Assembly: GCA_951406725.2 (NCBI GenBank)
Contig: OX597825.1
Location: 83,266,001-83,330,000 of the forward strand
DNA: 64,000 bases
DNA from: Octopus vulgaris
Taxonomy: Eukaryota
Direction of reading: 5' to 3'
A model generated the notes under the pieces. The model did not search any database, was not told the origin of the DNA, and saw nothing but the letters and a program-made list of their open reading frames with translations. Each line of letters opens with the position of its first letter. Position 1 is the first letter of the stretch. The position numbers were made by a program, and so were the translations under genes. Below, one piece after another: positions 11,265 to 23,850 of this stretch.

Positions 11265-12546
11265 AAGGGTGTTTCTAATATTAGACAAACGTAACGTTTG
11301 TCTGATATTCGAAAAACCCTTTCTGTGATTTATTTATGTTGAATTGTACAATTATTTCCATCTTGTCGTATGGCCGAAAGGCATTTGCCTAAAGTATATG
11401 TATAATTCATTTTCTGTTGCACTTCAATTATATTATCACGTTACGTTCGTCCAATAGTAGAAACACACTTTCTGCGGTATTTCTACTCCCATAATGCACC
11501 TGTACATCAGTGTACATCAACTGGCTAAACGTACGAATGTGGGCTCAAAAGTTCAGTCCTAGCATCACTTGCAAGCGTTAATTTCGACCGCATTATTTCT
11601 GTCCAGGTAAACTAACATCTAACTGCTCGAAGAATGCTTCAAAACTTAGTAATAACTACTTATTTTCAGGACAGACAAAATTTTGCATCGTGGTCTCAGC
11701 AAGTACTTTATTTAAGGCGGCGAGCTGGCAGCATCGTTAGAACGCCGGGCGAAATGCTTAGCGGTATTTCGTCTGCCACTACGTTCTGAGTTCAAATTCC
11801 GCTGATGTCGACTTTGCCATTCATCCTTTCGGGGTCGATAAACAAATGAATGTATACAATAACGAAAACAAGAACACGAAAGCATGAATTATACACATAC
11901 AACAAACGAACGCCTTTCGGCTACACAACAAAACGAAAATTGTACGTTTAAAAATTAATAAATAAATAAATAAATAACAGAAAGTGTGTTTCTACTATTG
12001 GACGAACGTAACGTGATAATATAATTGAAGTGCAACAGAAAATGAATTATACATATACTTTAGGCAAATGCCTTTCGGCCATACGACAAAATGAAAATAA
12101 TTGTACAATTCAACATAAATAAATCACAGAAAGGGTTTTTCGAATATCAGACAAATGTTACGTTCCTCTAATAGTAGAAACACCCTTTTTGTTATTTATT
12201 TATTTATTTATTTATTTATTAAGTTTTGAAGCATTCTTCGAGCAGTCAGATGTTAGTTTACCTGGACAGAAATAATGCGGTCGAAATTATTTCTTGCAAG
12301 TGATGCTAGGGCTGTGAACTTTTGAGCCCACATTCGTACATTTAGCCAGTTGATGTACACTGATGTACAGGTGCATTGTAGGAGTAGAAATACCGCAGAG
12401 TCTTTTTGTTTAACTCGCTAACGATACTGTGAAATGATATCCCCCATAGTTTTGGGGGAGGGAGCTAGTCGATTAGATCGACCCCAGTACGCATCTGGTA
12501 CTTAACGTATCAAATCCGAAAGGATGGAAGGCAAAGTCGACCTCGG
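10903..12546. repeat. Large inverted duplication (arms about 10903-11474 and 11978-12546) with an internal direct duplication
   Basis: About 570-bp arms are reverse complements; 11470-11650 directly repeats 11049-11229. Confidence 0.95.
11716..11841 (+). mobile_element. SINE family A 5' half
   Basis: Matches 4150-4300. Confidence 0.9.
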
Positions 12547-13743
12547 CTGGCGCATAAGAGAAATGCAGAGTCTTAACACACACACACACACTCGCACGAC
12601 GTCTTCCTTTAGTTTCTGTTTCCTTGGCCTAAGGCTATTGTGGAAGACACATGTCCGAAGTGGTAACTCAATGGGACTGAACCCGTAACGATAAGGTAGA
12701 GAAGCAGGTTGCTTACCACATTGGAACAACGCATATATTTCATATACACAAAGATATTACAGAATACAATTAATAATATTTCCACGTCCATGTAACTTTC
12801 TTAAGAGGATAGCAGCTAATATACTCACATCAGTTTATTTTTCTTTCCCACTTGTCTAAAACTTATTTCTGGAAATATTTTGTTTCATCTTAAAATTCAG
12901 AAATCATGTAATCATTTTGTTTTTCAAAATTTATTATTTTTTTATCTTAGAAGAGAGAAAACAAGTAATACATTTGTTCTCTCATATTTTCTTAGTGTTA
13001 TTTTTTCTTCAATCGATATCGTTTAATACATGCAGTTTCAACGATAATTACCACTTTGGTAAAAAGATATATTCCTTGTTTTTTTCCCCTCCTATAAGGA
13101 AGGGAATAATAAAATGAAGAATAAATATGACCATCTGTATCTAAGTGAAGTCGCGCTGTCTGGCTTCGACATGTTTTAAATCGGTTTGGCAGCGATTTCT
13201 GACATTTGATATAGGGCTATTAAAATATTTACTGCTAATATATAAGGAGACACTCAATCTCAACTCAAGAACAAATGCCAGAGTCATATTTGAAAGAGAA
13301 ATATAAAGCATTCTGTCATTTCAAAGACAATATACATGTATTCAAAACAGCGAAGAACGAGTGGGAAGGGTAAAGAAACAAAATTAAAAATAAAAGTAGT
13401 TAAATGTGTAAGTCAAGTCTCATATTATAAATCTCTTTTAAACCGTTTGTAATCCTAGGCTTTCTTCAAATATCTGTTTATTAGTAATACATTATGTGCG
13501 AAGCGGATAATGATATTTTAGATTAAGATAACCGATTGCCAACAGGTATTTTTTTCTTTCTATTTACTTGAAATTACAGGATCGTAGTATTTAGATTTAA
13601 TAAAATGTAAAACTTCTTTTATAACACGTCAGTACTTTATTAACAGACTGCGATAAATCCGTGAAAGAAATGAGCAATAAGAAAAGAGTTGCTATGTCTC
13701 TTTATATCCGAAATGTTATGATGCTAGAGAGATACATTTAGGC

Positions 13744-14050
13744 TTGTTGTTTGTTCCTTCTCGAGCCACGCCTGGCTCATAGGGCCGGTTTTCCGATTTT
13801 CTTGGCGTATAGGTTCCCCACCTGGACGGGACGTCGGTCCGTCGCAGGTGAGCTGCAAGATGCAGGAGGAAAGAGTGAGAGAAAGTTGTGGCGAAAGAGT
13901 GAGCAGAAGTTCGCCATTACCTTCTTCAGGAGTCGCGTGGGGCTTAGGTGTTTCGCTCATAAACACACACATTGCTCGGTCTGAGATTCGACCCCGCGAT
14001 CCCTCGACCGCGAGGCCGCTGCTCTAACCACTAGGCCATGTGACTCCACA
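13744..14050 (-). mobile_element. tRNA-derived SINE family C2 (head shared with C1, different tail)
   Basis: A box TGGCCTAGTGG, B box GGTCGAATCTC; roughly the first 165 nt align with the C1 copy; (CAA)-type tail. Confidence 0.88.
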
Positions 14051-14509
14051 AATTTAGGACTACCCAACCCAAAAAATAGCGTCATAGTATGTGTGTATGT
14101 GTGTGTATGAATTACCCAGCATGGAGACAATGCAAGAGACAGAGAGAGAGGGAGAAAGAGAGAGAGAGAGAGAGAGATGGAGGGAGGGAGGGAAAGAGAG
14201 TTTCCAAACAAGAAAATAAATATCTACATATTTACTGAGATACTAGTGAAGTAGATTAGGTTTATACATAATCTATATAGACATTTAGACATAAATAAAT
14301 AAAAAAACAAAATATGACGAAAATGTTCGTTTTTGCACTGCACGATGAGGATAAAATTGACACTGAACTAACAGCCGTAAGCAAAATTTGCTTCTAAAGT
14401 AAGCTAAAAGTAACAGCTATCAAATAGGAAAGGTTAAAATCATAACACTGACAAAAGTCATTCAAAGCAATCGTAACTCTATTTGGAAAAGAAAAAATTA
14501 AGCTACTTC

Positions 14510-14690
14510 CTTGCCAACCCAATATTATAGGCACCGTGCCTGGAATTTGAAGGATACGACTAGTCGATTATATTGACCTCAACACTTAACTGGTACTTAT
14601 TTTATAGACCCCCGAGAGGATGAAATATAAAGTCGACCTCGGCAGATTCTGAACCCAGAATATAAAGAGGAGCAAATAATAATGCTGAGC
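14510..14690 (-). mobile_element. SINE family A-related fragment, decayed
   Basis: ctggtacttattttatagacccc...ggatgaaa...aagtcgacctcggc. Confidence 0.75.
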
Positions 14691-15164
14691 GTCGATCTCT
14701 TTCACAATCCATTATCCTTAACAGCATTTATTATCTGACCATTGATTTTTGTACTGAAGCGAATCCTTTCCCCGATAAAATAACATGTCAGCGGCTGAGA
14801 ATTCCTCGGGTGTTTCTGCCTTAAATATATTTCTCAGAATATATTAGTATTAAAACCAATGCTGTTCACTTCAGTTGTCATTACAATCCATGCTTCCGAC
14901 ATTGTACACTTTTCTTAACTATCCAGTTTCAATCAGAAGTCATGGGCCGCAATATGATGATTACAGTTACAGTAACATACTCTAGATACCACACGTTTAA
15001 ATAGAACCGGAACATCACAATTACGAATTAAATATCTCTAATCCCTAAGTCATGGATGCATCGACATATAATAAATGCATTTACACGTACGCTAGAATTG
15101 AATTATTTGGGTACTGAAATATTGCTTAGTACCGAAGTCTCTTGGTAAAGAGACATCCAGACCG

Positions 15165-15680
15165 TTTAACCAATTTTGTGTTTGACAAATTACTCTGTTA
15201 GCACAGTTGTTGTTTAATATTTGTTTAGGTTTAAAAAAGGTTCTCATGGCAAAGTTGCTGTTTTGCAAAATGATTCCTTGGCAAAGCTGTTACTTAGCAA
15301 ATTACTTTTATATACAGGAAACTACAACACACACCAAGCAACTATATTATTTATGAGAGATATGATAAGCAAAAGTTTAGCATCAAAAAGTGTTGCTCAG
15401 CAAAGCTGTTTCTTGTCAACGCGTTATTTTATTAAAGTGTTGAGTAGCAAGTGTTTTGCTAAGTAAAAAAGTTAATTAACAAAGGCGTTGCTAAGCAAAG
15501 GTATTGCACAGGTAACGAGTGGTTAGTCAAAACAGATACTTGACAAATATATTATATGGCAACTGCATTGCTTGGCAGATGTTTTGTTCAAAAAATGTAG
15601 CGCTTAATAAACGACATTCGTAATAAAAACGTTGTTTAGGAGAGATTCTGTGTGGCAAATGTAGTGATATGTAAGTATAT
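15165..15680. repeat. Cryptic degenerate tandem array with 16-bp period
   Basis: The GCAAA-like motif recurs at 15186, 15202, 15250, 15266, 15282, 15298 and at 15480, 15496, 15528, 15544, 15560, 15576, 15656. Confidence 0.8.
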
Positions 15681-15959
15681 AAGCAATTGTAAGTAATATA
15701 TATTGAAACAGAAAATAAATGCATGAAGGTAGGTGGAAAAAAGTTTGTAATTTTAAGGCTGCAAATGTGATTTCTACTGTAGTTGTAGGCCGACCAAAGG
15801 AAAGTGGATGACTTTCGTAGATGGAAACTACGTGCAGCCCGCCGTATCGCTTACGAATCGGTGTTGGCGTGTTTAAGCGGTTTGCCAAAACAGAACGATA
15901 GAGTAAATACCAGGCTTTGAAGACAGTCAAGGGGGTCGATTGGTTAGAATGAAAAATCT

Positions 15960-16042
<83 letters not shown>

Positions 16043-16043
<1 letters not shown>

Positions 16044-16241
16044 ACGCCATGATAGATCGTTAGCTCCTACAAGCATTTTTTTCTCTCCTTGTTTTTTTCT
16101 GTGTATCTTTCTGTCGAAGAGCGTAGGCTCGAAACGTAAAAGACTTGTTCTATTTCTATTCCTGAGCGTCATACTAATACATTTGTTTGTTTGTACTCCA
16201 CCTGCCTTTGTCTTTTGTTTATTTTCGTAAACTTTCCCGTT
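16043..16241 (+). mobile_element. Penelope-like element remnant with minimal hammerhead, copy 2
   Basis: Closely similar to 1451-1692; embedded in (TA)n on both sides. Confidence 0.7.
16106..16143 (+). ncRNA. Minimal type I hammerhead ribozyme-like motif (variant core)
   Basis: TCTTT-CTGTCGA-A-GAGC(GTAG)GCTC-GAA-ACGT-A-AAAGA; differs from copy 1 only at the variable N7 position. Confidence 0.65.
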
Positions 16242-16327
16242 ATATATATATATATATATACATATATATACAAACACAGACATAAACACACATATCTGTA
16301 TGAGTATCGACATAAATATATATACAT

Positions 16328-16373
<46 letters not shown>

Positions 16374-16377
<4 letters not shown>

Positions 16378-16490
16378 CGAAATGTCAGCGCTAAGTAGTG
16401 TGTAAGTATGAGCAGCGTATGTGACACACATCTCAACGTCCCTAATTACTGCTCATACTTACACACTGCTTAGCGCTGGCATTTCGTTAT
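16374..16490. repeat. 42-bp-arm inverted repeat with 33-nt loop
   Basis: 16374-16415 versus 16449-16490, 40/42 complementary. Confidence 0.95.
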
Positions 16491-16801
16491 CTACTTCGGT
16501 CGACCGATTTATAGCGCAAATCAGTCACCGTGTTGACTGAGTTATATATAAAGCAACGACTTTATAAGTTCGTTCAGAGTTACTTCTCGTAGGTGCATCT
16601 CATTGACGAGAGCCAAGTAGCTTGTGACTCAAGTCACAAGCCTATGGTAGGTTCGAGGCTATAGTGGGAAACACGTGTCCATTGTCCATAGCATAACACA
16701 GTGGGATTGAACCAGTAACCTTGGGAAGCAAAATTCTTGTGACACAGGCATGCTTGCTCTTATATGTGTCTGCATATACACATACATACATTTATACATA
16801 C

Positions 16802-16834
<33 letters not shown>

Positions 16835-17249
16835 CAGGACAGACAAACAGACAGACAGAAAGACACAGTGAGACAGTCAGACGAACAGGCAGAGTGAGAG
16901 AGTGAGTAAATGTTATCCTGAAATGTTCTACTGAGAGAATCCATCCATCTGAAAACGTACTAAAAATATCGATGGAAGCCTATTTAATACTTAGGGAAAA
17001 TTTAATTATAAATTCAGTTATTAACAGAGCAATTGAGGTTATCTATTGTTTGTTTGACAAAATTTCAATCATATTATAATTATGAATAATTGATGAAAAA
17101 CATTCCTAAAGCCAAAGTTTTCAAATGATAGTTGTGATATATATATTAGCCGGAAATTATTTATATGAGAGTAAAATGGAATTATAATATTTTAAAATGG
17201 TAACGTATTACTTGGTGTTTTCAACTCTTAATCAGGGTCGAAAAGGCTT

Positions 17250-17780
17250 CGAATTTTAGCCCTATGTTTTCCAAGTTTTTTCGGAATCTGTAATACATCA
17301 GAGGCGTCCACATCATTTGGACAGTCTCCACAGAAAAAAGCAAGTAGCCAAGTTATTTATATACTCATTAGCACTTATTCTATGAAGGAGTCCCTAACTT
17401 GCATACCGAAAGTGTTTAACACTTTATAAATACCAGGGGACTATCAACGGAGATCTTAGCCCACACAGTATCAAAGTATGATATAATAAATATTTAACAT
17501 ATGGTATAATTATAAACAGAGTAAATTTTAACCATTCCTCTACAGACTGAAAAACAACCTTAATCGATTTTCGAAACTTTTTGGGGTTTCATCAGAGGCG
17601 TCAACATCATTCTGACAATCTCCAAAAGAACAATTTACTAAAGTCCCTATATACTCAACAAAAACAGCAGTTACTCTATGAAGGATTCCCTAATTTGCAT
17701 ACCGAATGTGTTTAACACTCTATATACATCAGCGGCCTGTCAACGGGAATCTTAGTCCACACAGTATCAGTATTAATATT
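17250..17780 (-). repeat. Diverged tandem dimer (period 294 bp) with hammerhead-like motifs
   Basis: CATCAGAGGCGTC at 17296 and 17590; downstream blocks align (ctatgaagga.tccctaa.ttgcataccgaa.gtgtttaacact). Confidence 0.85.
17556..17600 (-). ncRNA. Minimal hammerhead ribozyme-like motif
   Basis: Minus strand: CGCCT-CTGATGA-aaccccaaaaagtttc-GAA-AATCGATT-A-AGGTT. Intact core, palindromic stem III, UUA triplet, imperfect stem II. Confidence 0.55.
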
Positions 17781-18627
17781 TGAGCTAATACAGTGTTGTT
17801 GTTGTTGTTGTTTTCAGGAATTTCGATTGTTCTTATTTGTAATAACATAAGCGGCCACGAACTGATCCATCTGAAATAGTAAATACAATTTTGTAATAAT
17901 CATAAAAGTTTATGATTGTCATATGTGAGAGCCTTATAAGTTTGTGATAGCCATAACACAGTACAAGTCTATAAATGTGTGTATGAGGTGATTGCCACAT
18001 GCCAGGAAAGGCTGGACAGAGTTGGCCTATGATCCGATAAATTCGAACAAAATATTGCTATTTTAATTACAGAAATTATATTAATCTCGCAAATGTTTAA
18101 CCACATCATATCTTATGGGAAACTAGAAGAGACTTCACTGTCATACCCGGTGGTTTGCGGGACGATATAGGAGCTCTCATAATCACAATAGTTTGTTTTA
18201 AATTATTATTAACTGAGAAAGGATGTAGATCTGCAGAATTCCGAGGGCGCCGGACAAAATGCCCTGCCGTATCTGTTCCAACATTTTTCACTCGGAGTTC
18301 AAATCCAACAGAGGTGGAAAATGAATGTTATATTTTAGAAAGCGGTAAAATAAAGCAGCAATCAGATACTGAGATCGATTTCACCTTCAAAAAGTGGTTT
18401 TCTATCAAACTATTTCAGGTATTGTGATTATAATACACTAATTTGCAGTGAAGTGATTGATTTTTGACTAAAAAACCTACATTCTATAAAATTTAGGTAA
18501 GCAATCCTACGCTTCCTGGTCAATATACAGATGAATATGAAGGTTAGGTACAAAAGAAAGCAAAGCACTTCAGACATTTTATATGGCATAGTCAAACTTT
18601 TAAAATATTCGAAATAAAATTTTGATA

Positions 18628-18789
18628 TGCGCAGGAATGGATGTGTGGTAAGTAGCTTGTTTACCAACCACATGGTTCCGGGTTTAGTCCCACTGCGTGG
18701 CACCTTGGGCAAGTGTCTTCTTCTATAGCCTCGGGCCGACCAAAGCCTTGTGAGTGGATTTGGTAGACGGAAACTGAAAGAAGCCCATC

Positions 18790-18824
<35 letters not shown>

Positions 18825-19060
18825 TGTGTGTGTTTGTGTGTCTGTGTTTATCCCCCTAGCATTGCTTGACAACCGATGCTGGTGTGTTTATGTCCCTGTT
18901 ACTTAGCGGTTCGGCAAAAGAGACCGATAGAATAAGTACTGGGCTTACAATAGAATAAGTCCCGGGGTCGAGTTGCTCGATTAAAGGCGGTGCTCCAGCA
19001 TGGCGGCAGTCAAATGACTGAAACAAGTAAAAGAGTAAAAAGAGTAAAAGAGTAAAAGAG
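18628..19060 (+). mobile_element. Full-length SINE family B (tRNA-like head, CORE-like GGCACCTTGGGCAAG, internal (TA)n/(TG)n)
   Basis: Closely similar to 26534-26937 and 49948-50480; (GTAAAAGA)n tail. Confidence 0.92.
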
Positions 19061-20130
19061 TATGCACTTTCCGAAATCGTATGACGAAGAGTACAAAAAA
19101 GCGACAAGAAACATAATTACGAGAAAGTCCAAATAAAAGAAGGAGACATGGATAACGACTGACAGATAAGATAAACAAATTTCTTTAAAACTGAAAATAG
19201 GAAAATGGAAAATGGTAAACGTGAAAATTGTGGATAAATATAAAGAGTTATTGCTTTGGGTGGGTGGCGGGGCTTTGGTTGTTTGATGCGATAAATAAGG
19301 GACAAATGGTAAGTTTTTGTTTAATTCGAATGATTTAATTAAGAGAGCGAAACGTCAAAGGAATGACTGACATACGAATTACTGTTTGAATCGACAGAGA
19401 AATTGAATCAACTTGAATAGATTTAGTGCAAAAAGTTATACTGAAAGAACGATGTATGTAACATGGTTTAGATCCATATTGATTGAAACAGTTTTAAAAT
19501 TCTTCCTTTTCATTTGATTATGGACTCAATTTGCTACGCAGGATCTTACACGGAAAAGAAATCTGCATACACAAACGTACACACATTTACATAAATACGT
19601 ATACATATACGAATACATATAGTATAAACATAAATACGCACAAACAGATATACATACATACATACATAAATATAACAGTGTGTGTGTGTGTTGTGATATT
19701 AGTTTCAAATATTTTTGCAATAGTTTATGCATAATATTTGTATAATTTATCTTCTCAAAAAGTAGATATTATTTGCTTCCAAAACATAAAGTATAGAATT
19801 GCTGCAAACAATTCCTAATATATACATACATGCAAACACACACACCTATAGATGGAGAGAAAGAAATGCAGAGAGAGAGAGAGGGGAGAGGGGAGAGAGA
19901 GAGAAACAAAGAAAGAGATGGACATCAACACACAGGTACGCAACAATAAGAGTTTAGTTGTGGAGTATATACTTGGTGTAGGTATTCATGTATTTATTTC
20001 TGCAATGATGCTGTATTTCATGGTTATGTCTGTTACCATGGATGGGATTTAATTGAACAATTGCATAGATTGGAATTGAACATAGCAAGAACACATGTAG
20101 GTCTAAATATATACACACATACAGACTGAC

Positions 20131-20305
<175 letters not shown>

Positions 20306-22046
20306 TATGAAGTAGTATGTTATATTCATCTGTGCGTTGTAGTGTATGCCTTTGGATGTTTTCGTATACCAGCATGCATATATATATATATATATATATA
20401 TATACTATATATCAACATGTGTGTGTGTGTATTAATGCACACACGCTTACACGTTACTCCTCACCCCCCCACGCCGTGTGTATATCTCTGTGTGTGTTAT
20501 TGTGATATTGCATAGTAATAAGTTCTTTGTTGAATCTTGAAACCTCGTTTTAATATACAATAACTTAAAATGGAATACTCCCAAGCAAACAAGGGTAGCT
20601 AGTATTTCTTTGAGTGTTTTCTCTAAATATCTAAATATGCCATTTTACCAACATTAAAGTCTCTTTTAGAAGGAATAAACTGCAGGAACAATTCCATAAA
20701 AATTTCTAAATATCAAACAATGATTCAAGTGAAATACTCCCCTGCACACAACATATCCCATTCTATGTCATCATAGCCTGTGTGTTGAGTAACGTATTTA
20801 TCGCACAACCGACGATTAAATGATAAACAACTAAGCCCATATAGAGATATGTAAACGTTCTGATTCGTGGCTTCCTGCATTATCAGAGCGTGATTTTGAA
20901 TGTTAATTTCGAGTGTGTTAACTCAATGACGACATTGCATCTCTCTATGGAAATCTCAGAACTATTTAAATGAAAGGAACCTGAACAATATGTCTTAGAT
21001 TAAATTTTTTTCACTGTGTTTATCTTATAAATATCATTGGCGCTGATGACTAGCTTCCATTTTGTAAATATTTATTCAAGAGGAAGATGAAACTTCCTGC
21101 TTTCGATCTCAATTATTCAGCAACTGCCAAGTCAATGATTTTGTTCTTTTAAAGAGAAATTCAACATCATGGTTTGATTTCTACATTTTTTTTTTGTGTG
21201 TGTGTATTGCTTATCTTTTTGCAGTGTGAATCAAATTCCACAGAAAAAGATAAGACTACGAACAGCTTTTTCTGAATTTATGAACATCGATAATTACAAT
21301 ACAAGTCTATTCGAATTAAAGCTAATACATTTTGACGTTAAGACTAAAAAGAAAATACGAAATTCTCTACAATAATTTGTTGAAGTTAATAGTAACACAG
21401 TATACAACTTTCCATGTTTTAAGGGCATATATTATTCAAAATTGTCGATACGTAAGATTTCAAACTTATTGGGTTAATAAGAATATAAATGCGAATAATG
21501 CTGATAATGGAAGTTGACATATAAGATTATAAAACATAAGCAGATGTTTATATCTTTGATGTATTCGCGAACACTGGATTTCTCGGATACAACGGAATAT
21601 AATGTAATTAGCCGGGTAACTGTAGGTGTGTGAGAAAATGTATTCCGACTTTATTCTATAAATATAATTACTAATAATTAAAGCAAATTTGAAACTGCTG
21701 ACACTCCTACACACATGCAAATCTGTACAGACGGAGACCAAACATAGCTGAATGGTTAAGGTGTTTATTTTGCAATCGTTTGCAAATATAATGTCCTGAT
21801 TTCGATTGTAAAATCGAGGTAAGTTTTATGACTGAAATTTCGTTGGTGGAAAAATGTGCAGAATCCGATTGGATGGACCGCGCCTAAAATTGCAATTCAC
21901 AGCCTGTGAAACGCTGATTTCATTTCAGGACTTAAGTGTACAATTTGAAATATTGGGCCCCTTTCAATGCGAACTCAATGACCAGGTTACCTTGTTGATC
22001 GAATATATTTATTGAATGAATATATATATATATTTGTTGATTGAAA

Positions 22047-22384
22047 GTGAAGGCGCATGGCTCAGTGGTTAGAGCGTCGAGCTTACGATCGTGAGGTTGT
22101 GAGCTCGAATCCCGGACCGGGCTGCGTGTTGTGTTCTTGAGCAAGGCACTTTATTTCACGTTGCTCCAGTTCACTCAGCTGTAGAAATGAGTTGCGACGT
22201 CACTGGTGCCAAGCTGTATCGACCTTTGTCTTTCCCTTGGATAACACTGGTGGCGTGGAGAGGGGAGGCTGGTATGCATGGGCGACTGCTGGTCTTCCAT
22301 AAACAACCTCGCCCGGACTTGTGTCTAGGAGGGTAACTTTCTAGGTGTAATCCCATGGTCTGTGTCGTGACCGAAGGGGGTCTC
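22047..22384 (+). mobile_element. tRNA-derived CORE-SINE family D
   Basis: A box TGGCTCAGTGG, B box GCTCGAATCCC, then CORE-like GTGTTCTTGAGCAAGGCACTTTATTTCACGTTGCTCCAGTTCACTCAGCTGTAGAAATGAGT. Confidence 0.9.
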
Positions 22385-23240
22385 CGATTGAATATATTTA
22401 CTTTATTTCCAAGAATGTTGATCTGAAACCTCCTGTTGAAATCAATATCGTTATATTTCGGAAGTATTATACAAATGGTGCCAGACGACATATTCTCCGG
22501 GTGTCATTAGTCCATATTGTCTCTTTTCCCAGCAATATTATATGTCATACTAAATCTGTGACATTTTCAATGGATTTATATTTTCAAATAACTGAGATTT
22601 TCAACTGAATTTAACTCTATCAATTACATCTCTATAGCAGACGTGTGACCTGACGACATGTTGCAGTAACGTTATCAATTTGTTCACAATGATTTCTTTC
22701 ATTGCTCATATGAAAACATTTGTGTTCCGTCAGATTGCTGACGCTAGACAAACACATGGAGCAGACATAACCCTGCACTCAATACACAGAATAAAACATA
22801 TCATAATGCAACGTAACCAGAACATAAAACAAATGCAATGATACGAGGAAACAAAAATCAAAAAAAAAATAGCAAATACCCACATATTCCAAACAAATGG
22901 TCGTAGGAAGAAGGAAAAGAAGCAGAATAAACAAGAACATTCCAAAGCAGCAACGATGCCCAATGTTCATATTTTAATAGAGATGTAGAGATGTAACAGA
23001 ATTGAGCAAAATATAGATCCACTGAGCACGCTTCACTTGAAAATAGAGATACACGGATTACGTATCGCGAAAACATTTTGGTAAAAAGAGATACAAGCCA
23101 ATACGAAAGACGGAGGGTATGACTCCTTTCCCCCTTCTCTCTCTCTCTCTCCCTCGCACTTACTCTCGCTCTCTCTATCTATCTATCTATTTATCTGTTG
23201 CTCTCGCTCTCTTACGTATATACATATATATATACACATA

Positions 23241-23768
23241 AAGGGTGAAATATAATTAATTTAATAAAATTAATAAATTTCACCTAGTAGTTTTTTCGGT
23301 ATGGAAATGACCCATTACATCAACTCGACCAGGCGACATCGAACGATATAACGGTCCGCCAGCATTTCCACATTTATATAGACAGGCGAATTCATATCCA
23401 TATGAATTCGGCTGTCTATATAAATGGGGAGATGCTGGCGGACCGTTATATCTTTCGATGTCGCCTGGTCGAGTTGATGTAATGGGTGAGTTTTTTTCCT
23501 AGCATTTCTAGATTTATAGGAAATATTATGTTGATAAGGAAATGAACTTTCGATTCTAATCCAGAAATGAATTCGTCCATAAATAATCCAAGTAGGCTGG
23601 GATTTCGTTATCATCTTTCTCTTTACCATATACGGGTTACAAATTCTGTTTGTTTGTGGAGACTTATTTTTCTAGTAGTAGTAATGGTGACCTTTTTGGC
23701 TGCTATTTCTAATATTTTCGGTATGTGGTTTTGAGCAACTTGTTGCAATCAACCCTTAATTATAATTA

Positions 23769-23770
<2 letters not shown>
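23241..23770. mobile_element. Penelope-like remnant containing a long palindrome and a degenerate hammerhead
   Basis: Bounded by (TA)n, ends AAGGGTGAAAT... and ...CAACCCTTAATTATA; hammerhead relic at 23526-23582. Confidence 0.5.
23310..23487. repeat. Near-perfect palindrome with 88-bp arms and 2-nt spacer
   Basis: 23310-23397 versus 23400-23487, 84/88 complementary. Confidence 0.97.

Positions 23771-23850
<80 letters not shown>

Noticed and set aside
15165-15680. CRISPR-like interpretation of the periodic array
   Set aside because: The units are contiguous 16-mers without unique spacers, the context is eukaryotic and there are no cas genes.
19240-19313. ATG|GTAAGT possible first exon
   Set aside because: Only a donor-like motif, which is expected by chance in 64 kb.
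22047-22125. tRNA gene-like sequence
   Set aside because: It continues into a CORE-like SINE body and has no proper acceptor stem; it is a SINE head.
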